A stretch of DNA of 63,508 nucleotides, filler included, from Octopus bimaculoides (GCF_001194135.2; 5 parts of 4 records of this genome joined end to end with filler, not necessarily neighbours in it), one strand, 5' to 3'; counted from the first letter of the whole stretch, positions 24,507-37,806 are shown. The notes: generated from the sequence alone by a model not told the origin. Made by a program: numbers and translations.

Positions 24507-25986
24507 TATATATATATATATGTATGTGTGTGGATCTGTGTGTGTCTATGTTGTATGCGTGTGTATGCGTGTGTATTATATCAATACACATAGATACACA
24601 ACTATACGTGTATGTACAGATGTACGAGTATCTATATGTAAATGTGCCCTTATGTTCTGAGTTCAAATCACCATGAGGTCAACAGTTTTTTTTTCACATT
24701 TTACTTTTCTCCCCCCCCCCCCTTATTCCCTTCAGATTCAATGCTTTTCAAGTTAAGTACAGAGGTCCTAATAAATTCTCTTCACCATATTCCGTCAAAA
24801 TTTCTATGGCATTTTTCCAGTATCAGAAACCCTTATATAATCCAATAACTTTGGTTTTTGTGTAGCTGCTGTAGAGGTAGTTAACTTTAACGGCCCCAAC
24901 TCTGCGTGTGCTTTATTCGATGGCTTTTAACATTCGGCAAATCGTTTGCAATATGAGAACCTATTCAAGAATCCAGATGGCAAATATTCTGTGCGTCTAT
25001 TTAGAGAGTTCACTTACCGATTCGCTTAATCTGAGATTCTCATTTTATCTGCCTATCTTTCTGTTTGTCTGTGAGTCTGTCTGTTTGTCTGTCTGCCTGT
25101 CTGACTGTCTGCGTCTCTCTCTCTCTCTATGCATGTGTGTCCGTGTGTCCGTGCGTATGTATCTATATATGTGTGTGTATGTTTATATATATATATATAT
25201 ATATATATANNNNNNNNNNNNNNNNNNNNNNNNNNNNNNNNNNNNNNNNNNNNNNNNNNNNNNNNNNNNNNNNNNNNNNNNNNNNNNNNNNNNNNNNNNN
25301 NNNNNNNNNNNNNNNNNNNNNNNNNNNNNNNNNNNNNNNNNNNNNNNNNNNNNNNNNNNNNNNNNNNNNNNNNNNNNNNNNNNNNNNNNNNNNNNNNNNN
25401 NNNNNNNNNNNNNNNNNNNNNNNNNNNNNNNNNNNNNNNNNNNNNNNNNNNNNNNNNNNNNNNNNNNNNNNNNNNNNNNNNNNNNNNNNNNNNNNNNNNN
25501 NNNNNNNNNNNNNNNNNNNNNNNNNNNNNNNNNNNNNNNNNNNNNNNNNNNNNNNNNNNNNNNNNNNNNNNNNNNNNNNNNNNNNNNNNNNNNNNNNNNN
25601 NNNNNNNNNNNNNNNNNNNNNNNNNNNNNNNNNNNNNNNNNNNNNNNNNNNNNNNNNNNNNNNNNNNNNNNNNNNNNNNNNNNNNNNNNNNNNNNNNNNN
25701 NNNNNNNNNNNNNNNNATATGCATATATACATATATATATATATATATATGCATATATACATATATATATATATATATGCATATATACATATATATATAT
25801 ATGCATTTATACATACATATATATACACCTATGCATATATATATATACATATAAATATATATACACATACATACACACATGTATACCTATATATATGGAT
25901 GTGTATATTTATATATACATATATGAATACATAGTGCACATCTCCTCACTCTCTCTCTCTCTCCCTATATATATATNNNNNNNNNN

Positions 25987-26027
<41 letters not shown>

Positions 26028-26030
<3 letters not shown>

Positions 26031-26215
26031 GAGGGATATTGAAAAAATTATGTGCACTGTTGTTCTTTCAATGCATTTACTCAAAAGCAGGGGATAAGCA
26101 AGTACGCCATTTTTCTATATAGACTCCTTCCTTTTTGATACACTTGGTCCAGCAGTCAACAAGCTGGCATATTCCCCTCCAATGAGAAGGTTTTTGGTTG
26201 GTTGTGCAACCCTTT
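26028..26215 (-). mobile_element. Mariner transposon 3' end (transposase C-terminus plus TIR)
   Basis: Minus strand reads QPKTFS.../GICQLVDCWTKCIKKEGVYIEK, matching the mariner GIxxLxxRWxKCIxxxGxYxEK motif; ends in a CGAGGG-type TIR next to TA. Confidence 0.75.
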
Positions 26216-26228
26216 ATCAGAATGACAG

Positions 26229-26420
26229 AATGGCAGAATCGTTAGCACGCCGGACGAAATGCTTAGTGGCATTTCGTCTGTCTTCACCTTTTGAGTTCTA
26301 ATTCCACCGAGGTCAACTTTATTTTTTATCCTTTCGGGATCGATAAAATAAGTACCGTTTGAACACTGGAGTCGATGTAATCGACAAGCCATCTCTCTCA
26401 AGGTGTCAAAATTTAAAACC
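26229..26420 (+). mobile_element. SINE family B
   Basis: ggcagaatcgttagcacgccggacgaaatgcttagtggcatttcg...cctttcgggatcgataaaataagtacc. Confidence 0.85.
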
Positions 26421-26724
26421 AATATATATAAAGCTGCGTGTGTGTATGTGTATGTGTATCAAGGTGGGTGTTTATGTTTATAATTACCGGTGTAAAATTT
26501 AGCCTTGTGTCAAACAGAAACGATACCCTTCATTAAATTTGTACTCTATTGAAGTATATAGTTCAATATTTTGGTCTTGACCTTATTGTCTAAAACCTTT
26601 GGCAGCAGTGTTTAAATCTTGAAACCAGCTAAAAAATACATGAATATATCTACGTTTGTTTGTGAATGTGTACATGAAAGTACGTGTAGCAGTGTGATGT
26701 TGGAATCAAGGTTGATTCGTGGTA

Positions 26725-26756
<32 letters not shown>

Positions 26757-27374
26757 NNNNNNNNNNTATATATATATATATATATAATCATGGCGCTACA
26801 AGGAGACGATAACGATTTATTTACAGTCACGCGGAAGCCACGTCCTGTAACGCTCAAGTCACGTAACATGCTAATAATACAGAAATCGCGCCAGATGGTT
26901 TATTCATCACTATATTTATCATTTCTTTATATTTTTTTTATGTTGTTAGTCAAGAAAAGGAAATGCTAGACAGGGTGGGGATAGAATATCGATGGGGCTT
27001 CAACAAGCGATATATATTTTGAATACCGTGCACTAATTCTAATCCAGCTTTGGTAGAGGTGTCTTGAATATTTATCTATTTGCTGCCATTCAAGCATATT
27101 AGCTCAGTTTCGTTCTGCATTTACACAAGATATCTACAGAGAAACATATAAGCATCCACACTTGCACACAGCCAAATTGCACACACACAGACATAAATAT
27201 ATATATTTGTGTGTGTATGTATGTGTATATGTAAATATATAGGGAGAGAGAAAGAGAGAGAGATAAAATATATAAAGATATAGGTCTACACACATACGTA
27301 CGCATATACGCATATATGCATATATGGATGTGTGAGTACTATATGTATGTAGTTATGAATGTATATGCACACAC

Positions 27375-27422
<48 letters not shown>

Positions 27423-27580
27423 TACATAATGTATTTATACATATATATATGAGTGCGTGTGCCTGTGTATAGTCATAAATATGTTTGTATATATATATGC
27501 ATATCCATGCAAACACATATAATATACAAACATGTATGTGCATATATATATATCTAAATCTATCTATTTATCTATATATA

Positions 27581-27612
<32 letters not shown>

Positions 27613-28257
27613 NNNNNNNNNNNNNNNNNNNNNNNNNNNNNNNNNNNNNNNNNNNNNNNNNNNNNNNNNNNNNNNNNNNNNNNNNNNNNNNNNNNNNNNN
27701 NNNNNNNNNNNNNNNNNNNNNNNNNNNNNNNNNNNNNNNNNNNNNNNNNNNNNNNNNNNNNNNNNNNNNNNNNNNNNNNNNNNNNNNNNNNNNNNNNNNN
27801 NNNNNNNNNNNNNNNNNNNNNNNNNNNNNNNNNNNNNNNNNNNNNNNNNNNNNNNNNNNNNNNNNNNNNNNNNNNNNNNNNNNNNNNNNNNNNNNNNNNN
27901 NNNNNNNNNNNNNNNNNNNNNNNNNNNNNNNNNNNNNNNNNNNNNNNNNNNNNNNNNNNNNNNNNNNNNNNNNNNNNNNNNNNNNNNNNNNNNNNNNNNN
28001 NNNNNNNNNNNNNNNNNNNNNNNNNNNNNNNNNNNNNNNNNNNNNNNNNNNNNNNNNNNNNNNNNNNNNNNNNNNNNNNNNNNNNNNNNNNNNNNNNNNN
28101 NNNNNNNNNNNNNNNNNNNNNNNNNNNNNNNNNNNNNNNNNNNNNNNNNNNNNNNNNNNNNNNNNNNNNNNNNNNNNNNNNNNNNNNNNNNNNNNNNNNN
28201 NNNNNNNNNNNNNNNNNNNNNNNNNNNNNNNNNNNNNNNNNNNNNNNNNNNNNNNNN

Positions 28258-28307
<50 letters not shown>

Positions 28308-28860
28308 CACGCGTGTGTGCATGTGTGTGCACTTGTGCAGACGCACACATGCATGCCCGCACTCACTCGTGTACATGCTATCCATACATTTGTGTATATA
28401 TCTACAAATCTACTTGTAAACATATACCGAGTTAAGTCACAGAGTATCCCACACCCTCTAAGACATACAAGCGGAGAAACACGTATATAAATAACCTTAA
28501 AATACATGAAAGCAAAAATTAGCTGTCAGGCTAAAATGTAAGCAACACAACAGCGTGGTCTTGGTTCAATTCTGTTACTCAGTATCTTAGTTAGTTTCTA
28601 CTAAAGACTCTAGTTGATCGATGCACTGTCAGAAGAAAAGACACGAACTAGGAAAATAATCTGGTTCAACCCACCCTCGAAGCTACTAGTAGATATAGCA
28701 ATTGTCAAAATATTCTTTCACCTCTTAAATAATAATTTTTGTATCTTCCCATACGCACCGTAAATTATTAATTGTAAAATTGTCTTAGGCACAGAGACGT
28801 TTCATTTGTCGTTTTTTTTTTACCCCCATTCTACCGCTTTTCTTTACTTTTGATTTTTTT

Positions 28861-29078
28861 TCTTATTTCTCTATTGCCCACAAGGGGCTAAACATAAGAG
28901 GGGACAAACAAGGACAGACAAAGGGATTAAGTCGCTTACATCGACCCCCAGTGCGTAACTGGTACTTAATTTATCGACTCCGAAAGAATGAAAGCCAAAG
29001 TCGACCGCGGCAGACGAAATACCGCTAAGCAGACGAAATACCGCCTGATGTGCTAACATTTCTGCCTGTTCGCCACCT
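28861..29078 (-). mobile_element. SINE family B with internal deletion/duplication
   Basis: Reverse complement of the 54136-54373 copy; gcagacgaaataccgc occurs twice in tandem. Confidence 0.85.
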
Positions 29079-30423
29079 TTTGATTCTTTGATTCTTTCTC
29101 ATCAATCAACCATCCAAACTTTCATTTACACCACAGACAATAATATTTAAACTTTAGACTTTGTTTTTTTTTACTTTGAAACATAACAAATATCGATCCC
29201 CCAAGATTTCAAACCTCTAAACAATTTTCAAATAAGTTTAATATATTCTGATGCACATAACGTACATGTACATATCTTAACAATATAGTCAAACACAATT
29301 CTTAAATCTTCCATTTATATACAACTGCATTCTGCATCTTAGCAACACAGATATATCTAACGTCCGTCTAACAATGTGAAATCATCAAATCACATTCTGT
29401 TTTTAATAGTCACTAACAATTCAGTGTAGGGCGAAATTCGATGTAAATAATAATAATGATAATAATATTTCATAAGCTTAAAGCTTATAAGCGATCACCG
29501 CGCAATGACTAAAGAAAATAATCTAATAATGAGGCATTTAAGCCCTCGACGTACGGGAAAAACTTTTTACTGTTGTAACAACACTACAAACTAATTATAA
29601 TTCTTAAATCTAATAGAAAGAACATATATATATATATATATAGGTATGTGTGTATACATATATGTGTATGTATTTATGTATGTATCTATATATATAATAT
29701 ATATATATATATNNNNNNNNNNNNNNNNNNNNNNNNNNNNNNNNNNNNNNNNNNNNNNNNNNNNNNNNNNNNNNNNNNNNNNNNNNNNNNNNNNNNNNNN
29801 NNNNNNNNNNNNNNNNNNNNNNNNNNNNNNNNNNNNNNNNNNNNNNNNNNNNNNNNNNNNNNNNNNNNNNNNNNNNNNNNNNNNNNNNNNNNNNNNNNNN
29901 NNNNNNNNNNNNNNNNNNNNNTTTTTTTTTTTTTTTTGATGCCATAAAATGCGGTATGTACAATATGAAGGCTTTTGGTAAATTATCAGGTATATATTTT
30001 CCTGCCATCACGTTTCTGATTTCTCTCGAGGTCCGTTGACTTTAGCAAAAGTTTTTATGATGACGAACACACTTAAGTTTACAACGTTAGAATCATTGCA
30101 CCATTCCATATTGCCAGACAACCAGATATCATGGTTTGACTGTAATATGGTACAAGGATACTCTAGTCGTTTCTTTCGTTTTGGAACCTACTGGTATAGA
30201 AAAATGTGTCCTTACAATGAAGTGGACTGTTCTACAAAACTAAAGGTATTTTACATATTCTTTTGGAATTAATTTTGGAAATTATAATGTTCTGTCATTT
30301 CCATGTATGATATCTTGCAGAATTTCCTTGCAAATCGATAATTATAGTTAACTGTTGAGTATAATTGTCATAATATCAGCCCGGCGGATTAGATTGCATC
30401 TAAGGGCATTCTATATACATACA

Positions 30424-30457
<34 letters not shown>

Positions 30458-30490
30458 NNNNNNNNNNNNNNNNNNNNNNNNNNNNNNNNN

Positions 30491-30551
<61 letters not shown>

Positions 30552-30950
30552 TGTAAGTATGTATGTGTATATATAATGTCATGTGTCCCACTATGTTTAT
30601 ATAAATATGATTATATATACATATATGCATGTATATATGTGAGCCATTGCGCCTCCACAGATGTCCATACAAATACATATTAATACAATCACACAAATAT
30701 ATGTATACAATTCATCTTAATTACAATGAAGATATATACATGTGTATTTATATACGTGTGTATATGTGTGTATGTTTCTGCACTGGATTCAGACTAAAAT
30801 CTCGTAAAAAAAAATCTATATATAACCGATATTTGTTCTGCTTCATAACAATTCTGTCAATGATTTTTTTACAAACCATTTCTGACGAAAGCATCGAAAT
30901 ATAAATACAAATCCCAAATACTGCCCGAATACTTGTAAAAATATATATGA

Positions 30951-31216
30951 AGGCGCGTGGATTAGTGGTTAAGGACATTCGCCTCACGGTCGTAAGTCCA
31001 ATTCCCGGCGACGCGTTGTGTCCTTTGAGCAAAACACTTTATTTCATGTTGCTCCAGTCCACTCAGCTGACAAAAATGAGTAGTACCTGTATTTGAAAGG
31101 GGCCAGCCTTGCCCCACCCTGTGTTATGCTGAATCTCCCTGAGAATTACATTAAGGGTACACGCGTCTGTGGAATGCTCAGCCACTTGCATGTTAATTTC
31201 ACGAGCAAGCTGTTCA
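30951..31216 (+). mobile_element. tRNA-derived SINE (family C, head variant 2), 3'-truncated
   Basis: ggcgcgtggattagtggttaagg head; tail gctgaatctccctgagaattacattaagggtacacg shared with 9047. Confidence 0.85.
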
Positions 31217-31228
31217 CATATCTTTACT

Positions 31229-31261
<33 letters not shown>

Positions 31262-31454
31262 GTATGTATATATGTATGCTTGTGCGTGTGTGTGTGTGTG
31301 TGTGTGCGCGCGCGTCTGCGAGTGAAGAAATTTTAGCATTTCCTGTCTTCTGAAAAAGACAGTGCCATCCGGAAGCTGCAAATGCATACAGATATATTGT
31401 TACTGTTTCTGCTGGTGCAGTGGCTGCTGTTGCCGCTGTTGCTGATGCCGATAC

Positions 31455-31504
<50 letters not shown>

Positions 31505-31509
<5 letters not shown>

Positions 31510-31645
31510 TAGTTTTATTTTTATAACGTGCTTTCACTTCACTACCGAGCGCAGCTCTGTGCGCCTTGGGTATGTGCTGTGGTGCTCTTATGTTTACTGT
31601 ATTGAAAGTGTTTTGCGTAGAATGTGTGCAGTACCCAGTAGTGCA

Positions 31646-31648
<3 letters not shown>
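31505..31648 (-). mobile_element. 5'-truncated R4/Dong-type LINE 3' end inside a (TAA)n tract
   Basis: Minus strand IALLGTAHILRKTLSIQ* plus 3' UTR; (TAT)n on both sides; nearly identical to 55364-55516. Confidence 0.8.
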
Positions 31649-31699
<51 letters not shown>

Positions 31700-32378
31700 G
31701 TTGTTGTTATTTCTCTTGTTCCCGCTGCTATTGTGAATATTGTGTTCCCTTGATATATGTAATGTTGATATTTCGGCGGATGTGTGGCGATGATAGGTGT
31801 TTGCAGTCGTCGATGATATTGTTGTTGTTGTTGTTGTTGTTGTTGTGCAGGGTCTTCGTGTAAGAATAGCTACGAGTGTATGTATATAAATATGTGTGTG
31901 TGCGTGTCTGTGTCTGTGTATTGTGTCTGTGTGTGTATGAGCGTATGTGTATGTATGTATGTATGTATGTATGTATGTATGTATATATGACAGGCTNNNN
32001 NNNNNNNNNNNNNNNNNNNNNNNNNNNNNNNNNNNNNNNNNNNNNNNNNNNNNNNNNNNNNNNNNNNNNNNNNNNNNNNNNNNNNNNNNNNNNNNNNNNN
32101 NNNNNNNNNNNNNNNNNNNNNNNNNNNNNNNNNNNNNNNNNNNNNNNNNNNNNNNNNNNNNNNNNNNNNNNNNNNNNNNNNNNNNNNNNNNNNNNNNNNN
32201 NNNNNNNNNNNNNNNNNNNNNNNNNNNNNNNNNNNNNNNNNNNNNNNNNNNNNNNNNNNNNNNNNNNNNNNNNNNNNNNNNNNNNNNNNNNNNNNNNNNN
32301 NNNNNNNNNNNNNNNNNNNNNNNNNNNNNNNNNNNNNATATATATATATATATATATATATACATACATATACATATA

Positions 32379-32543
32379 TACGACGGGCTTATTTCAGTTT
32401 CCGTCTACCAAATCCACTCACAAGGCTTTGGTCGGCCCGAGGCTATAGTAGAAGACACTTGCCCAAGGTGTCACGCAGTGGGACTGAACCCGGAACTATG
32501 TGGTTGGGAAGCAAGCGTCTTACCATATAGCCACGCCAGCGCC
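32379..32543 (-). mobile_element. SINE family A, 5' half
   Basis: Reverse complement of ggcgtggct..gtggtaaga..ccgggttcagtcccactgcgtg..accttgggcaagtgtcttc. Confidence 0.9.
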
Positions 32544-33349
32544 TATATATATATATACATTATTTATATATATTAGACGACACACACACGCGCACGCGCA
32601 CATATCACACAAGTACATATATAAACTGAACGATAGAAGGGATAAATACACACCCTTCATCAGGCTGTATTAATAGCAGCAACATCAACAGCAAATTCCA
32701 CAGCATCCACTGATGCCGCTACCGCGCTGCTACTACTGCTACCACTACTACTACTACTGCTGCTGCTGCTGCGCCGTATCGTAAGCAACAACGGCAGTGA
32801 TTTACATTTCCAGAATGCAATAACATTTAGATATGAAATTCCCATCGGTGCTCTTAGAAAATACAAATATTTAAAATAGTAGGAAAAAAAACAACAACAA
32901 CAAAACAGATTGGCAACATTATATATATTAGCAACAACATCAAGAAGAGAAATACTTGATATAAACCAGAACATTTCGTCAGCCTTGACCCCTTTTTTCT
33001 GCATACAAAACCCCAGACAAAATGATCCTACAAATGTGCATTCAATCCCAATATGAAGATATTACGCAGTCATATATATATATATATATGTATATATATC
33101 TTTATCTTATGATATTTACTTTGTTTTATATTATACTCATTTATTGTGCTTTTAATTATTAATTTTTCTATATGTTGTAGTGGATTTTCATCGATGAGTT
33201 CATGAACCTTGGTTCTTTTCCCTAAAACTATATATTTTTATATACTATAATCTATAAAGCTCAATTTAATTTTAATTTTTTATAAATTGATTTTAATTGA
33301 GTTTTTACCTGTAATTTTGGATTTTGTCCCTTATATTATTATAATTATG

Positions 33350-33405
<56 letters not shown>

Positions 33406-33611
33406 AAGGATTCATTATAATCTAGGCATATCAACACGTAGGACGCCAGAAATGGCTAGGTAAGGTACAATAGCGTTTAGCTTAAAGTGAGATAAACAGC
33501 ATTCAAGATATGAGATGTTTGTAGGATGTGTAGCCCCGCGATACCTTCATTCAGGTGATTTTTCTGAGATGCCATTTCAGAAATGTTGGCCATTTATACA
33601 AGTACCAAATC

Positions 33612-33984
33612 CACCTTCAAGGGATTTAGTCGAACAAATCGACCCCAGGACTTATTTTTAAGCATTGTACTTATTCTATCGATCTCTTTTGCCGAATTGC
33701 CATGTTGTGGGGATGTAAACACACCAATACTAGTTGTGAAGCGATGATGGGGGAGGGAGGGAGACAAATACAGTCACAAAAACACACGCACAGATACACC
33801 CCCCCCACACACACACACATATGTATATTCGACAGGCTTTCAGTTTCCATCAACCAAATCCACTCGCAAGGCTTTGGCCGACCCGAGGCTATAGAAGAAG
33901 ACACTTGCCCAAGGTGCCACGTAATGAGACCGAACCTGGAACCATGCGGTCGGGAAGCAAACTTCTTCCCACACACCCACGCCT
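33612..33984 (-). mobile_element. SINE family A, near full length
   Basis: Head, central (TG)n spacer and 3' tail all present. Confidence 0.85.
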
Positions 33985-35085
33985 ATATATATGTGTATAT
34001 GTGTGTGTCGTGGACATCGGTGTCGATNNNNNNNNNNNNNNNNNNNNNNNNNNNNNNNNNNNNNNNNNNNNNNNNNNNNNNNNNNNNNNNNNNNNNNNNN
34101 NNNNNNNNNNNNNNNNNNNNNNNNNNNNNNNNNNNNNNNNNNNNNNNNNNNNNNNNNNNNNNNNNNNNNNNNNNNNNNNNNNNNNNNNNNNNNNNNNNNN
34201 NNNNNNNNNNNNNNNNNNNNNNNNNNNNNNNNNNNNNNNNNNNNNNNNNNNNNNNNNNNNNNNNNNNNNNNNNNNNNNNNNNNNNNNNNNNNNNNNNNNN
34301 NNNNNNNNNNNNNNNNNNNNNNNNNNNNNNNNNNNNNNNNNNNNNNNNNNNNNNNNNNNNNNNNNNNNNNNNNNNNNNNNNNNNNNNNTATATATATATA
34401 TATATAATGTATTATGTATGTATATATATATATATATATATATATGTTTGTATGTATATCTGTATGTATGTATGTTATGTAAGCATGTATGTACATAGGC
34501 ACCTATAAGAAAGTGAGCTTTCTAATGCTATCAACTACCATCATTATATTAAGCCTAAACTTGATATAACGAGATGTTCGACTCCCAGAATCTAACTAAT
34601 AAGTAGAGGCAAAAAGAAGTAAAGCGCAGACGAGACAGATATGACGGAGTGTGTGTGGGTGGAGGGGTGGGGGGAAAGGGTCGGTAGAGAACATTGAAAA
34701 AATAAATAAATTCTGCAATGTTAGCGTGAAAAAGTAAAAGAAAAAAGAAACAGCTTGATAACGCCGTATTGACTGAATTGAAGACGGAAGTGGCCAAGAA
34801 GCAACACAGACGAGAAGAAGGCGCTTGTAAACCGATGAAGCATTGCTGCTTCTTCAAATGGTGTCCGACTGTTTTGATGGCGTCTTAAAACTTGTTGTTT
34901 GAAACGCCAGCGCACATCGCTGTCTCAGGAACCCAGTCGTTCGTCCGACAACTATTTAACTCCTCCTCCTTTGCCTTCTTGTTCTTCTTGTTCTTTTAGT
35001 TCTTGTTCTTGTTCTTCTTCTTTCTTTCTTTTGTTTTCCTTATATTTTGATTTTGTCTTCTGTATCTTTGGCTGTCATTCTCTCC

Positions 35086-35120
<35 letters not shown>

Positions 35121-35133
35121 CTCTTCCTCATAG

Positions 35134-35175
<42 letters not shown>

Positions 35176-35285
35176 GTTCTTGTTCATTTTCTGGCTATGC
35201 ATAAACGTAATCACACAACGCGCAGGCGCACAGATACCCAGGTACACACAAAATNNNNNNNNNNATGCTTTTATGTGTATATAAG

Positions 35286-35389
35286 GGCGTGGCTGTGTGG
35301 TAAGACGCTTGTTCCCCAACCACATGGTTCCTGATTCAGTCCCACTGCGTGGTACCTTGGGCAAGTGTCCTGTACTATAACCTTGGGCC
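35286..35389 (+). mobile_element. SINE family A head, truncated against a mariner fragment
   Basis: ggcgtggctgtgtggtaagacgcttg...gattcagtcccactgcgtggtaccttgggcaagtgtcc. Confidence 0.9.
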
Positions 35390-35875
35390 ACATTGTAACT
35401 CCTGGGAAATTAATATGATGTGCCTCCGTAATATGTGGATCTTCCGGCCCCCAGTACCTGCAATTGTGACGGTTGAAATGTAGGCTTTTCACTCCGAATA
35501 ATCTTAGCTGGAAAATCTGAATCTTCTACACATTGTACCATGTGTCACTCGCAAAACTGACCTATCAGTCAAGGTCATCTTCATAAAAAGCATGGACCAT
35601 TCTTCGAATGTAACATTTCCAATATTTGCGCTTTCAAAACGCGATGGACGGCTGATTCTGATATTCTGATCTGACGACTCACTAGTCCCAGAAATTTCCT
35701 TGAACTCCTGCAATATGTTTCTAGTGATCTTTCCGGCTTTGCTGCGCTCGTCAGTGTATGTGGTCTTCCTGGACGCTTCCTGTACACATCCTACAGAATT
35801 CCATTTGCTTCAAACGTTTCTCTTATTTTCTGATGCTAACTCTCGTTGATGGATTTGCTTGAAAATCTCTTCTAA
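35390..35875 (-). mobile_element. Decayed Tc1/mariner-superfamily transposase (DUF4817/HTH-type, frameshifted)
   Basis: Fragments IRETFEANG..DVYRKRPGRPHT, VSRQIRISESAVHRVLK and [15 protein letters not shown]...PGVTMW match the RSGRP and [12 protein letters not shown]...P..V.VW motifs. Confidence 0.8.
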
Positions 35876-36489
35876 TGCCTTTCTACTTCAAATTCATGTC
35901 AAGCGATGGTGAGTGGGGGACAAACACAGACACACAAACATACACCTCCACATATACACATATATATATAATATATATATATATATATACATACATACAT
36001 GTGTATATATATATATATNNNNNNNNNNNNNNNNNNNNNNNNNNNNNNNNNNNNNNNNNNNNNNNNNNNNNNNNNNNNNNNNNNNNNNNNNNNNNNNNNN
36101 NNNNNNNNNNNNNNNNNNNNNNNNNNNNNNNNNNNNNNNNNNNNNNNNNNNNNNNNNNNNNNNNNNNNNNNNNNNNNNNNNNNNNNNNNNNNNNNNNNNN
36201 NNNNNNNNNNNNNNNNNNNNNNNNNNNNNNNNNNNNNNNNNNNNNNNNNNNNNNNNNNNNNNNNNNNNNNNNNNNNNNNNNNNNNNNNNNNNNNNNNNNN
36301 NNNNNNNNNNNNNNNNNNNNNNNNNNNNNNNNNNNNNNNNNNNNNNNNNNNNNNNNNNNNNNNNNNNNNNNNNNNNNNNNNNNNNNNNNNNNNNNNNNNN
36401 NNNNNNNNNNNNNNNNNNNNNNNNNNNNNNNNNNNNNNNNNNNNNNNNNNNNNNNNNNNNNNNNNNNNNNNNNNNNNNNNNNNNNNNNN

Positions 36490-36523
<34 letters not shown>

Positions 36524-36879
36524 TGATACGTGCATGCATGCATACATTGAGTGATACAAAGAAAACGAGAAAAATATACATGTGTGCAGATATACATATG
36601 CCTGTATGTAAGCGTGTATATCTCTGTGTGTGTATGTATATTTGTTCGGCGTGTGTATATATCTGTACATACCCTAATCGCAGACATTTAGCACGTATAA
36701 ATCATTGTCAGAATTCACGTCTTCTCTTCTCCTGTAAGAGATTTATTGTGAAATATCTCCTCCTACTCTTCTGTTTACTCCACCTTCCTTATCGTAAGTT
36801 CTAAACATTGCAACATACAATGTACTCTTATAACCTGAGTAGGTTGGGTGTGTCGTGTTCTTTTTTTTTTTTTTTTGTG

Positions 36880-37270
36880 GTGGTGGTTTTATTGAGCACG
36901 TCCATGTCTTCGACATTCTGTCGATATCCGGTCCCATCATGAACGCAAGCATGATGACCCCGTGGTTAATAAGTTTGTTTCACAGCCACGTAGCTGGGAG
37001 TTGGATCGCACCTATTGGTACCTAAACCATGAAAAGAAACCCGAAAAGAATCTATCTCTGCAGCTATCTATTTTCGCCGCTCACTATTCCTGGGAGAGCT
37101 ATAGGAGTTGGAATCCTCAGACACCTACCTCTTCCATGGGATTCTATCAGAAGCAACGTTATTACTCTTTCCAGCTGGATTCTCAAGCGTGACCAGCTGA
37201 GGCTGTGGGTATTATCCCACCATCTCATTCTGAGGCCACCGCCAGTCCCCCTGCCAGTTGGCTCGGCTTG
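36880..37270 (-). mobile_element. GC-richer interspersed repeat, possibly the 5' region of an RTE-type LINE
   Basis: No ORF; several local hairpins; ggtagg...ccaactcctat...gagcggcg arrangement recalled from RTE 5' ends (inference). Confidence 0.3.
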
Positions 37271-37547
37271 AAAAATCTGTTTTATTATCCTTCTATATTA
37301 ATAAACGCAAAATTTCGTCCGACCGGGACCTCTGTATCTCAGTCTACATTTGCACTACATAGATATATCACGCCATTTTGGAATTAGGATAATCCCGGGA
37401 TTGAAAATCTGGCCTTCATTTATTCTTGAACATCTAGCTAATTTATAAAAACATGTGACATATTAATAAAAATTTGTAAATGTACAACCATCCAGATATC
37501 TGAGTACCTTATTATTTTTTCCTAATATATATATATATATATATATA

Positions 37548-37696
37548 TACGACGGACTTCGTTCAGTTTCCGTCTACCAAATCCACTCACAAGTCTTTGG
37601 TTGAAGGCGCTTGCCCAAGGTGCCATACAGTGGGACCGAACCAAGAACCGTGTGGTTTAGAAGCAAGCTTCTTACCACACAGCCAGGCCTGCGCCT
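37548..37696 (-). mobile_element. SINE family A, 5' half
   Basis: tttccgtctaccaaatccactcacaag...cttgcccaaggtgccatacagtggga...cttcttaccacacagcc. Confidence 0.9.
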
Positions 37697-37775
37697 ATAT
37701 AAGTGGAAAGATTTTTTTAAAAAAATGTTTTCTTTAAATTCTTTACCCTGCTTTGATGTTGCTGTTTCCGAAACA

Positions 37776-37806
<31 letters not shown>

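Noticed and set aside
25012-25050. Perfect minus-strand donor G|GTAAGT
   Set aside because: No upstream acceptor or open frame, and it is preceded by microsatellite; such hexamers are expected by chance.
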